Assembly (NCBI GenBank): GCA_000934665.2
Contig: KZ538801.1
Coordinates: 1-46,914, forward strand
Direction of reading: 5' to 3'
Source of the DNA: Catajapyx aquilonaris
Taxonomy: Eukaryota
DNA length: 46,914 nt
A program made the position numbers and the translations under genes. Positions 25,401 to 36,014 of the stretch are shown here, piece after piece. The notes beneath the pieces are model-generated. The model ran no database searches and was not told where the DNA came from. It saw only the letters and a program-made list of their open reading frames with translations. How positions within the stretch are numbered: the stretch's first letter is position 1; every line of letters begins with the position of its first letter.

Positions 25401-28400
25401 CTTCATTCATTTCTTCCCGGGCAACGCCGGGTGCCGCAGCTAGTATGCTCAAAAAGTACAGTCACCAGCACAATGTTTATCCTGAAAGATATGCCACCCT
25501 TACCTTACCTCCTAACAACGTGACGTGCTTTATGGGCGACTCCTAAGGCCTAATTTTGGACCAAATTTTCCTGAGGCCCAAATATATTGCATGCATTAAC
25601 ACGTTGATGTCGGAAGGCTTCCTAGATCATATAGCCTTTTTGTAATTTTATCGTCAAAATTCGCCGAGGGGTTGGGGAGGATGAAAAAAACTTCTACCTC
25701 GTACACATTTATGCTGCCGTTCGTAAACTGAGACAGCTTCCTGACATAGTGTCTCGCGTTGGTGCCATAACGATCTAGCCACAACCATTTTGAATATATC
25801 TTGTAATATACTTCTGCTCGACACTCGACTGCGCATCCATGCATCTTTTCCCAGAAAAAAAGGCTGTCTCCATAGAAAGGCACGCTAGTTGGCAATTTTT
25901 TTTGTGTGTGTTCATCTCTATCCTGATCAAGAGTCCTGCTCCGTTTCGTAGATCACAGAGGGGCAGTAAAAACGGCAAAGTTGTTGCTGAGCTATGCAGC
26001 TCAGGTTCTGACCAGACGATACCTTGGGAGCTTGTGCAGGCTTCTCTAAGAACGTGCCGTGTATGTCAAACGTAAAAAACAGAGACCTGGGAAAAGCACT
26101 TACCCGCCCGCAATCTATTTGTGCAATTACCATCTTTATACCCATAAGTTCCCCGCCATCAAAAAAACTTTTTTTTTTAAAGGGGGAAAATGGGGTAAGT
26201 GGTCCGTCCTGTACTATTCCGTACCTCCCTAGAATCAACCGTGCGGACATAACAATTATATCCGACACTAGTGCACTCGCCGGTACGTGGGTAAGTAGCC
26301 CGTTGAGAAAGCCACACACCACCGTTGCTGGCAGGATGCCCCCCAGGAGAGAGTCCTTTATTCGAAGTTAAATTTGTTACCAGTTCGTATGCGACGTTAC
26401 TCGCTAGCCCCTGATGTAGTCCAATTAATGTCTCCCCCAAGATGCACTTCTTGCGTTACAATTAATCCTGGATCTCCTCTTTGCCACCGCGGACTGTACA
26501 CAAAGGGTTTTCCACCCTGAACTTGGCTGAATACCTTCCAGGGCAACATCAAAATGACATTGCCTGTCTCCGAGTCGCGAACTGCTGCCAAACTCGCATG
26601 ACAATTAATTCCGACTCCAATTACGTTAATGTAGAAAGTTGCCAAAAGGAGGATGCAAACGGGTCGAAACTTCTTGGGAAAAAAAAGTCTACTGACGCTG
26701 CCAGATCATCCTGTGTACAATGCTTGAAACTACTTTTATACGCGGTAGCTACACTCCATGTCTTATTGAGTCAAAAATCTGCAAATATCTTCAAGCTTCT
26801 CGATAAATTATTTGAATTTCCGTAATATGATAATGCAAAAAGGGACCTTTCTGGGTCGATTCCTACCCGCGTTGTTGAGCTTAGCAGAAAGGAGAAGGGA
26901 GGACAAATTGGTGCATAACTTGAGTCTAACAAATGCAAAAGCCACTCTTTGACCACAAACGTGGCTGAAAGTTTCATTTGAATAGCAGCATGACGAAATT
27001 ACAAAGCCAGGATCCTTTATAATTAAAAAAAAAAAACTGCAAAGAACTTGCACAATAATCTGACTCAAAGGGAGCAAAAAAGGCTTTGTTTTCTTGTAAG
27101 ACCTGGTCCGTAAAACCCCAAAAATCTAGTAGCGCATTTCTCATGATTTTTCCCCCCTCCTTCAACCCTTCAAAAATATCGATCCAATATATATAAAATA
27201 GCTGGCCAACCTGATTTTCCGTCTGGAAGGGTGCGAGAAAAGGAAGGGGGGTTATCATCACGGGGCTTCCCCATCCGTTACTTTCCTAAGAGCCAAATCT
27301 CATTTTCCGGAGAAACGGGTGTGAATGTGCAAAGATAATACTCAGCAGGATTCATTCGCAACTGAATGGGAAACTGGGAGCCAACTGTTCCTCCGTGGTT
27401 TGCTTTCAGGAGCAACCACAGCCAAAGGCCCTGGGAGATGGAAGGAGCAGACGATGAAGAGAACCAGCTGGCTAAGAAGGCCTACCAGATGGTGCTCACA
27501 GTCAGTGTCAGGACTCCAGACACGCCTTCATATAAAAAGTAAGCAACGAGCCAACTTTTTCTATAGTTTTGTGTAATTCCCTCGAGCCACACCAGATGCG
27601 GCACCACAACATCCGCTGTAAAGTTTGACCTTGGGTCTCGACCTATAACGCAGTTGGAGCGTATGGTGTTGCATACCCTTTCTGGTGGAAATGCCTTCAT
27701 TTCTGTTTCAACTGGGATTTACGTCATTCAAGTACCATGCACTCTAATATTCAGCCCTAATACAGTATTGGTGTTACAATGGGCAAGATATATCATTGAA
27801 ACCAATCGAAGCCAAAACTATTCATACGAATCTATTCCATCTTTAGTCATAAACCGATATCCCAAAAAATAGTAAGACCTGTCGGATGTGTGTAGCCGAC
27901 AGTTAATTACGTTTTTTTTCTTCAAAAAAGTGTTATATTAAACTGAAAGGCCGGAAGCTGCATCCATGCATAGTTACTTTTCAGTTAGGAATTTTGCTAC
28001 ACTCGCACTGGTACAAGCCCACAACTTCTAATGCGATTATTATCTCCCGCAATGGTTTAATATTTAAAGCAGCACTGCATTTTAACTACGGAAATTTTTC
28101 AATATGTAGCATCTGACTTTGAAAAGCACTAGAACTCCCCACACTAATCAAATTTCTCGCACAGCTATTTTTTTCGTTAAACCTGCCTATTTCATATTCC
28201 ACATCACATATCTCTCCTTCGTAGGCGGCCTCGGTACAGTGCTGGACATTAATTCCGTCATACGTCTAACGACATTTTTCGATGCGGCAGACGTGCAAAT
28301 CGAAGTGATAGAGTGCGAGCCGTGCGAGTAAGAAATGGTAGCCCTTGGGTGACATCACTGGCTGGGAATAAGCCTTTTCTCCATTACCCCCCAGCCGGTG

Positions 28401-31400
28401 ATGTCACTCAAGGCCTCCCTATTCTTACACACATGATGGCTCACACTTCGATTTGCACTTCTGCCGCAGTATGACGCGATTCATGTCCAACACTGTACGC
28501 CATTGCATTGCATTAATCATACCCCATACACACTGAACCTCCAGCAACACATGCCATGACCTCACAACATCGCACAATTTGCATCTACAAGTGCCTGCGG
28601 TATTACGACGTTATTTCGATCTGGCGCCGACTTTAGCATCTTACCTACCCTACTAGTGGTCATGGTGCATCCCTTGTCCCTACCCTGCTGTAACGTTAAC
28701 CTGCCCACAAAGTACTCTGAATCTCTGTCACGTGGACAAGCTCCTTACTGACCCACAGAGAAGCTGGAAATGTTGAAAAGGGACTTGGAAGGTGAAAGAG
28801 GTCTGTGGAATCTCAGTCGTCTCTATTTGGTCGGTTAGCTTTTCAGACCGCGTTCGCAATTTGGCCTCCACGGAGTTCAACTATTCGTATGACGAGGATC
28901 CTGTCAACCCCTTTGTGGCTGCCTTCCACGATGCAGTTGTGCTCTATTCTATGGCTCTCAACGAGACACTGGCCAATAATGGGACGGCCAGAGATGGCCG
29001 AAGCATCACGGCCAGAATGTGGAACCGAAATTTCACTGGGATCACCGGGAATGTCAGTATCAATGCCAATGGTGACCGTAATGCGGATTATTCGCTGCTG
29101 GATATGGATCCGGAGACTGGTAACTTTGAGGTAAGTTGGAGCAAGCCTGCCGGACATGGTTATTATTAGGTCCGATTTTTTTAGGTGGTGGCTAATTATT
29201 ATGGGGACACCAAAATGCTGGTGATGGTGGAGGATAAGAAGATCCATTGGGCAGGAGGTAGGACATCCCCACCGCCTGATACGCCTGCATGTGGATTTGA
29301 CGGCTCCAAATGCCCAGACAACAGTGAGCAGTGACATTTTATAAGTGTGTCAATGTGTCAAACCCTTTCTTACAAACTTTTATGACAGCCTTTCCCGATT
29401 ACGCCATCGCCAGCATCGTCCTGAGCACCGTGGTACTCATCCTGGTCATCGCAGCCTTCTTTATTTACAGGTATGAGACGCTGTTAGCCAGTGCATTTAT
29501 TTGAAAATTCTTTCCTCCGCACTACCCTTGTGCTCTTCGCGTGTTACTACACTTTTTGAGTCAGGGGCGCCATTTTCAAAAAATTATCCCGCTTCAAGTG
29601 CTTCCCTTTTCCCCTTCTCTCCTGCCTCTCCCTCAATCCTGAAGAACCTCCTCAGCAACAAGAGTTAGCTTTGAGTTTTAACCCCGGGCCCACTCCTTGC
29701 TCCCACTTTGGACACTGCCCTGAACCCTCTGAACCCTGCTTCTCTTAAAAGGCCACTATGGCCAAAGTTCAGCCTCCTGACCTCTGCTTCCCCCGCCACC
29801 CCACTCTCCTCTACACTACAGACACTACAAGCTGGAGGCCGCCATTGCTTCTATGAACTGGAGGGTCAACTATTCAGACATCTTGGTGCTGAGCCACGAC
29901 CGACTGAGCAAAGCTGGAAAGTTGGGCAGCAGACTTTCTTTGGCCAGAGGAAGCATTCTGGTAATGGAAGCTGCCATAGCCTTGCTTTTACGTCATCAGG
30001 CTGCATCAACTTGGTCCCCAAAAAATTTGGACCGTCGCCATGCAGATTTTTTTTCCTGATGGTCACTAGCGCTAATTGAATGTCGCAAGTTTGTCAAATT
30101 TTTTTTGTCATGTTCATTCTACTGATGATGTTGACGCACTCTGAGGACTGATGGACAAAGTTGTGGCCAACAGTGATCAAAGTCCTGTCTGTTCGCAGAG
30201 CAACTACTCGACCGATAGCATCAATTTGGCCTCTGCCCAGCACAAGCAAATGTTCATCAGTACAGGATTTTACAAGGTTAACACCGTAAGTGTCTCCTAA
30301 TACCGGACGTCGTCACTTCCGTCCCGTTTCATTTCCAGGGCAGCATCGTGGCCATCAAGAAGCTCAATAAGACCCGCATTGACCTCAACCGAGATCTTCT
30401 TTTAGAGCTTAAAAGAGTGAGTTTTTCTTAAGCAACCTAAGAAATCGAGCCTGAAACCCATTCAGTTCCAACCGATAATTCCTTCTGCTGTCCAACAATG
30501 ACCCGCCCTTGCTAGCACTCTGCTAATTGGCCATTTGTCTCCAGATGAAAGACCTCCACCATGACCATCTTGTCCGTTTCATTGGCGCCTGCGTGGAGCC
30601 ACCTAACTGTTGTCTCATCACCGAATACTGCCCTAAAGGTAGCCTACAGGATATTCTCGAAAACGAGCAGATCAAGTTGGACTGGATGTTTCGATACTCG
30701 CTCATGCACGATATTGTAAAGGTAAGCTCTGGGTGATTTATGATGGCAGAGTGTCCGTAAAGAAATGTAACCAGTATTGGATCCCAGGTAGATCAATACG
30801 CTGGAATCAACCGCGCCGAATGTAGTTGGAGGCTTGTTACTTGACAGCAACTCTGCTGGTCATATGATCCAAAATCGGTTGCAGAAAAATCTGATTTGAA
30901 TATGACCTTGATTGCCTATCAAAAGTTGTATAGTTCAGGCGTATTAAACCATTGGGCATGCTATTATTTTTGCTTGACAAATTGATAAGGAACTATTTTA
31001 TATGCAAATGAGCATAAATATTCGACGACCGCATAGGCCTGTCCTAAATGCAACTACCGGCACTTGAAATGAAACGTCAGATGTGCTTTTCACATCAGGA
31101 AAGGTTATAAAAATTTATGGCAAAACTTCGGACCCGATCCCTGTAGGCTCGTTTTATGTACTGTACGTCCCACATATTTTTACTTTTATCATAATATAGC
31201 CCTCGTAAATGATTTTCATTGATAATTGAACTGAGAAGCTTTTGTTTAGGTACCGGTAGTCTAATTTTAGAACATAGAACTGATGATGCTTGATAATCAT
31301 AACTTGGGTTGTAGGCTACATACCACAGGGTCATTTCAGGACAAATTATTAAACTACGAGGACGGTACCAAAATTATTTACATTTTTTTTTTTTTTGCCA

Positions 31401-33454
31401 CAGACACAACGCTCATGCAGGTAGAAAAAGGCACACATTATAGATAAAATTCTCCTGGAGCCGAATTCACTGGCACTGGGCAACCTCTCCAGGCCCTCCA
31501 GGAACCACTTAAATTTTGGTGGTGCGGCGCACCGACTCTCGGACAACTCTTCAGTCAACAATGTCCTCGAAATGGTATCGGCGAAGGGACTTTTTAAATA
31601 TGTTCGAACAGGTGAACGTCACTAGAGGCGGGGGGCATGGCTGTCTAGTGGCTATTTTACTGGCCAGCCAAGCAGGAGGTCCGAGGTTCAAATCCCGTCC
31701 GCGTCAGGCAGTCACCTTCGCTTGGTCGGGTCTTTTTCCGCTTTTTACCCGACATGTCGCGACATGTCCGGGCAGAATTAGCACTCCCTTCTCTGCCATG
31801 GCCAAGAGAAAAACTCTGGTATATTTAAGGGTCATAAATGACTACTTAAGAACGCTCTCCCTTGGGAACCTCCCCCCTCCCCTAAGAGGGCCCCTGGATC
31901 ACGGGGTATTACATACAAACAAACAAACAAAGTCACTGGAGGCCAGGCCAGGGGAGTACGGTGGGTGTGGAAGCACTCAAAGCAAGATCCATGGAAAAAT
32001 TCCTTCGCCGACGCCATTTTAAGGACATTGTTGATAGTTACTGACTGAGCAGTTGACCGGTAGTACTATGTGCGTCCCACCTCCAAAAAGTGGTTTCTGG
32101 GGGGGCCTAGAGAGGTTTCCACACCCATGACTCCTGTACATTCGGCTCCGGGAGGGTTCTATCGATAGTGTGTGCCTATTTTCCGACCTGCATGGTCCCT
32201 GTATTTTTGGTAAAAAAAAATAAATTGTGAATCATTTTGGTACGGCCCTAATATCTAGGCTACAATATATTGAAAATGTGTAGGCAAGGTACCAGCTTCA
32301 AATAACCCAGGAAAGGCGCGTAAAATCTTGACAATAAAGGCAACTGGCACCTAACATGGACCTCTGAACCTTCCTATAGCAAGTGACGTTTCATATCTTA
32401 ACCAGACACTCTCTATAAAGCAGTAATATTGTAATATTGATATGTTAATGCAACATATACTGTATTTAGTAACTTATAACGCATCTTTGTCTTTTATGTT
32501 ACAGTTCTCGCAGTCAGTTAAGAAGTGACGTAGATCTATAGTTAAATATGATTCAGCATTTGAATAATTTATTCGATTGGGGCCTATATTTTCAATAGCT
32601 ATGAGTTGGCACTTCAGCAAGTAATAACAATCTGATAAATTTTTAATATTTACTATTTTTCAAATAGAGTAATACGAATTTGCATTTCACTGGTTTCGCC
32701 AAAGACCCCATTTAGTCACAGGACATCGCCCCTGCCTCAACGACAGTGCATGCAGTTTAATTGGCGTCATATGAACGCAGATAACAAAGCGTCGAATGCT
32801 ATAGTCCCTCAATAACCTATCCGTACAACAACTTCCGTACTATCCGTACAGTAACTTCTGCAAAATTCAAACATTGCTTTGTTTCATTATGGTCAGATAT
32901 TAGCGCGGCTGCTCCACAATCCACTCTCTATATGACATCGAGAAGCAAATTTCAATAATTAATAATGAAGCATTTAGGGCGTGCTAAACTATGTTACTAG
33001 CGTTGTATTAATTGCTGGCCCATCTAGCTTCATGTCATTACGAATTCAGTTCTTGAATCATCATCCGGATTTCATCAGCCAATTAAAATCACCTATCGTC
33101 ATAGCGCACGGGTAATTATTTTATCGAGGTCCACAAGGTATTACCGATTCATTGTTTCAATTATGCAGGATGTTCCTAAAGTCAGCTCAAATCTGGATAG
33201 GTGATCGCATGCATATATTCATATTGTTTACTTATTCACTCAAATAAATATTGTAGAAAATAAAATGATATAATATTTCATCATGCAGGGAGTGAACTAC
33301 CTGCATCACAGCGAGATTCACACCCACGGCAATCTCAAATCTTCCAACTGCGTCGTAGATTCTCGATTCGTCCTCAAGATGACTGACTTTGGTATCCACG
33401 CCTTACGTCAGCCAGATGACAACGAAAATGACGAGGATTATGCTTCTTGGAGAA
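13194..33454 (+). CDS. Receptor guanylyl cyclase, natriuretic peptide receptor (NPR1/NPR2)-like; 5' portion, 13 exons, 3' end outside the window
   Basis: join(13194..13467,16263..16435,18057..18360,24350..24461,27410..27538,28839..29130,29185..29323,29389..29470,29822..29960,30199..30276,30339..30416,30545..30721,33289..33454) gives 2143 nt with consistent phases at every junction. Motifs: [49 protein letters not shown], a TM helix, [41 protein letters not shown]. Confidence 0.95.
16263..16435 (+). CDS. rGC exon 2
   Basis: Acceptor ctcag; (D)[17 protein letters not shown]...[13 protein letters not shown]; donor CAG|GCAAGC (GC donor). Confidence 0.9.
18057..18360 (+). CDS. rGC exon 3
   Basis: Acceptor ttctcag; [11 protein letters not shown]...CHFLMAAIF...FLDRAR; donor A|GTGAGA. 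Confidence 0.88.
19877..19970. repeat. Short palindromic MITE-like element
   Basis: TGGGTGGAAGTTTCGTCCCACTGCTAGTTACTG pairs with CAGTAACTAGCAGTGGGACGAAAATTCCACCCA. Confidence 0.75.
22716..22991. repeat. Degenerate inverted-repeat element; related sequence near 3805-3870
   Basis: TATAGATCGTC...CCTTATCTGAA...CCCAAGCCCAA pairs with TTGGGCTTGGG...TTCGGATAAGG...GACGATCTATA. The motif AGCCCACCCACC(A/G)CCTTATC...CGCGATAAC recurs near 3805. Confidence 0.45.
24350..24461 (+). CDS. rGC exon 4
   Basis: Acceptor ttgcag; (I)[36 protein letters not shown]; donor AA|GTAAGC. Confidence 0.92.
25120..25443 (+). mobile_element. Non-autonomous Helitron
   Basis: 5' TC(TTC)TATATAAATAAA followed by a (CTGT)n-like microsatellite; 3' hairpin CCCGG-GCAACG-CCGGG about 8 bp before a terminal CTAG|T; no target-site duplication. 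Confidence 0.7.
25596..25895 (-). pseudogene. Possible decayed Gypsy/Ginger-type integrase fragment (zinc-binding region and start of the core)
   Basis: [28 protein letters not shown] and LPNPSANFD...DLGSLPTS resemble the integrase pattern I..RYWWP.M..D...YVRSC..C / P..PF...DL.GPLP.S. The conserved Cys/His residues are lost; judged by eye only. Confidence 0.35.
27410..27538 (+). CDS. rGC exon 5
   Basis: Acceptor tttcag; [42 protein letters not shown]; donor AA|GTAAGC. Confidence 0.92.
28237..28495. mobile_element. Tc1-like MITE
   Basis: TA|CAGTGCTGGACA...TGTCCAACACTG|TA termini; the body is largely palindromic (GCGGCAGACGTGCAAATCGAAGTG pairs with CACTTCGATTTGCACTTCTGCCGC). Confidence 0.8.
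28839..29130 (+). CDS. rGC exon 6
   Basis: (N)[10 protein letters not shown]...[15 protein letters not shown]...[20 protein letters not shown]; donor GAG|GTAAGT. Confidence 0.95.
29185..29323 (+). CDS. rGC exon 7 (juxtamembrane Cys pair)
   Basis: Follows a 54-bp intron; VVANYYG...[27 protein letters not shown]; donor A|GTGAGC. Confidence 0.95.
29389..29470 (+). CDS. rGC exon 8 (transmembrane helix)
   Basis: (T)[26 protein letters not shown](R); donor AG|GTATGA. Confidence 0.93.
29822..29960 (+). CDS. rGC exon 9
   Basis: [20 protein letters not shown]...[12 protein letters not shown]; donor CTG|GTAATG. Confidence 0.92.
30199..30276 (+). CDS. rGC exon 10
   Basis: [26 protein letters not shown]; donor AAG|GTTAAC, with an alternative GTAAGT 9 nt downstream. 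Confidence 0.88.
30339..30416 (+). CDS. rGC exon 11 (kinase-homology domain, VAIK)
   Basis: [26 protein letters not shown]; donor AGA|GTGAGT. Confidence 0.95.
30545..30721 (+). CDS. rGC exon 12
   Basis: [16 protein letters not shown]...[34 protein letters not shown]; donor AAG|GTAAGC. Confidence 0.96.
31357..32251 (-). mobile_element. Mariner-derived non-autonomous element with ~250 bp inverted repeats and a transposase remnant
   Basis: Ends are TA|CGAGGACGGTACCAAAAT and ATTTTGGTACGGCCCTAA|TA. With the SINE removed, the - strand reads [19 protein letters not shown] (mariner HPPYSPDLAPSD motif) and later [11 protein letters not shown]. 31357-~31595 is an inverted copy of ~31995-32251. Confidence 0.8.
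31630..31931 (+). mobile_element. tRNA-derived SINE (copy 3) inserted in the mariner remnant
   Basis: A-box-like TGTCTAGTGG, B-box GGTTCAAATCCC and (CAAA)n tail. Target-site duplication GTCACTAGAGGC (31618-31629) / GTCACTGGAGGC (31932-31943). Confidence 0.85.
33289..33454 (+). CDS. rGC exon 13 (pseudokinase HGNLKSSN and DFG motifs)
   Basis: [35 protein letters not shown]...DYASWR; donor A|GTGAGT. Confidence 0.96.
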
Positions 33455-35282
33455 GTGAGTGCCAATTTGTCTCTCCTCTATTTGTAGTCCGTCTGTGGTC
33501 TTTGTAACCACGCTATGCACTTTTGGTATGCTCTCGAGAACTTCAGAAACTTTGTCATCCTCAACCCTTGCACGCTAAGAGAAGTTTCAGTGTGTTATGA
33601 TTTACGTACCGGTGCCGTGGAATTTCACGAACAACGCGTAAACTATGTGCAGAAAAACACATCTATTTTCTCCTGCTTTTCCCTGTCCACCACAGCTCTA
33701 TGAGCTATAAGCCAACTAATAACTTTTCACGAAGTTGGGAAATGAAGGATTAATAACAGTGAGAAAGGAAAGAAATAGCCAAGCTAATAACGACAGTATT
33801 AAGAATGGGATGTTCATTCATGCATATAGTATGGATTTTGTAGTCATTACCATTCATATTGGGTATATGCACGTCTCATTTCTCATTAGCCTGGCTTTCC
33901 ATTTGGGCCACCTCGATTCCTGAAGTCTCAGGAGTGTTGATGTTCTATGCTAACCCTGAATTATTATGCAGAAAGTACGCGATAAATTTGTTCAAAAATA
34001 TTTGTGCAAAGTTCAGTATTAAAGGTTGGTCAGATCGGTTATTTTGCAAATAAATATTAACGTATCTAATTGGAATTTTTCGGCGATTTTTTAATATTCC
34101 ATTCTGTATACGTTAATTTTAAATGATAAGAACATGACAGTTGCAGGAGTCTTGTAAAATGTAAATCAAAAACATTGCTGCAACCTACGCTGCATATCAT
34201 GTCAATAGAGGCACCCATTTTCATACACGCTGCAGTTGACCACGCATTTGCTCATCCCGAATGCAAATTATTATGCGCACAAATGTGACGTAATCTCATT
34301 ATTGTGTTCTTTTGTTTGCTAACGGTAAATTGCAAACCGATGGCGTCGATACACCTGCCCTATTTCACTCACATTTGCATTAATTATCTCCCCTCTATGA
34401 ATAGCCTGCAAAAAAATTGATGTGCATATAGGAAAACTGATATGTCACGTGTATATGCTTATACACGGACATGCACCAACATATTAATGTTCTTTTTCTG
34501 CTAAATAGCTATCGAATGGACACAGGGAATTGTACTAACATCACAAGCCTTTAACTACTTAATTTTGATATTGTTGAAAGTCAATGTTGCACAACTTGTA
34601 ACATCTCATCGACTCATCCTCATAATATCTACTTTATCTAACGGAATCTTCCTACAAATTGATTGTCACACCCCCTCCCCAACACCCTTAAAAAACCGAC
34701 AATGTCCACCAGCAATATACGTCGGTACAACCCAGTAGCAGGACTAAACTAGTGGTCGTCAAATTTCATTACCGAGGCAATAAAGGTAGCCTCCTTTTCC
34801 TTCCTTCCTGAAAACAGTCCCCAAGCAAGGTAAGGGGAAGAAGGAGGCTGCATGGAGTCAATTTCCCCCGTTCATAATCCAGCCCCAAAACACCCTTTAT
34901 CTAGACTGGCTTCATTTCTGAACGCAAGTCACGTTATCGTTATTACATTCAGTGTCATGCGTCACCTTTAGTGGAGGATCTTGCTAGAAATAATATGGAT
35001 TAAAGAAGGGGGATTAGGGATATTATACGTATGGGCGTATGGCAGAAATTGCAAGGGATACTGGAGAAGCTGCAAAGATAGGCGACAGGACGGTAGACTT
35101 ATGCCTACAGATAGTGAATCGTGCCCAGGACACGTTGAGTGTAGCTTTAAATGCACTTATTCTGCCAACAGTGACAATGACTGTATACTGGTGCCTGGTG
35201 GGGGTAAGAGCAGTACACAAGAGGACAAACTAGTAGAGGGCAAACCGTCACTGTTCAGAGAAAGGAGTGTGATGTTTGTATA

Positions 35283-35676
35283 CAGGGTGGTCCAACTTCA
35301 AGTGTCGTTTTATAACGGCGATTAATAGCAGTGATTTTGCGATGACGTAACAGCGACGTGTAAAATGTCCCACTTCGGCGCCATCGAAAATATTAGCTGC
35401 CAATAGCAGCACACATGTAATCAACCCTGCTGCTGGGTTGACCTGGAAAAAAGGAGGTGCACACATGACCTGCGATGCGCCTGGGTGAAATGGGTGACGT
35501 CCAAGGCACCAGATGGACCATGGACCTGTAATGCAAGGGGGAAGCCTGCAAACGAAACACAGCTAATATTTTCGATGGCGCCGAAGTGGGCCATTTTACA
35601 CGTGGCTGCTACGATAATCGTAAAGCGCTTCTATTAATAGCCGTTATAAAACGACACTTGAAGTTGGACCACCCTG
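35283..35676. mobile_element. Tc1/mariner-superfamily MITE
   Basis: TA|CAGGGTGGTCCAACTTCAAGTGTCGTTTTATAACGGC ... GCCGTTATAAAACGACACTTGAAGTTGGACCACCCTG|TA; inverted repeats extend to ~115 bp. Confidence 0.9.
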
Positions 35677-35916
35677 TATATAAAAACTATATGGCGAAAA
35701 GGTCTGAAGAGGATATTACTTGCTGCAATTTACCTGCTTCAGGAAATTCAAATCAGTTCTAAATCTTCCCTTCGCAAAGAAAAAAAGAGAAGCCTACCTG
35801 TTTCCGTCAGTAGTCAACTATCATCATATGGAAAAGCCAAACTGCTATATTCAAATATTCATCAGGAACTAGGGCAATAGGGAAAGCAGCCTGATTTTAA
35901 TTCCGCTAATCTTGGC

Positions 35917-36014
35917 AGGTACTATGGGCGCCAAAAGAATTGACCGGAGTTGATGGGTACATGGCGCTATATACCCATCAACTCCGGTCAATTCTTTTGG
36001 CGCCCATAGTACCT
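35917..36014. repeat. Near-perfect 98-bp palindrome (MITE-like)
   Basis: Perfect 43-bp arms AGGTACTATGGGCGCCAAAAGAATTGACCGGAGTTGATGGGTA and its reverse complement around a 12-nt centre. Confidence 0.9.

Noticed and set aside
28840..28846. TTTTCAG as the acceptor of cyclase exon 6
   Set aside because: It lies 8 nt downstream of the TTAG acceptor and would shift the frame. The upstream AG gives the expected YKNFSDRV.
33316..33345. Loss of the catalytic Asp (HGN in place of HRD) as a sign of pseudogenisation
   Set aside because: This is normal for the kinase-homology (pseudokinase) domain of receptor guanylyl cyclases.
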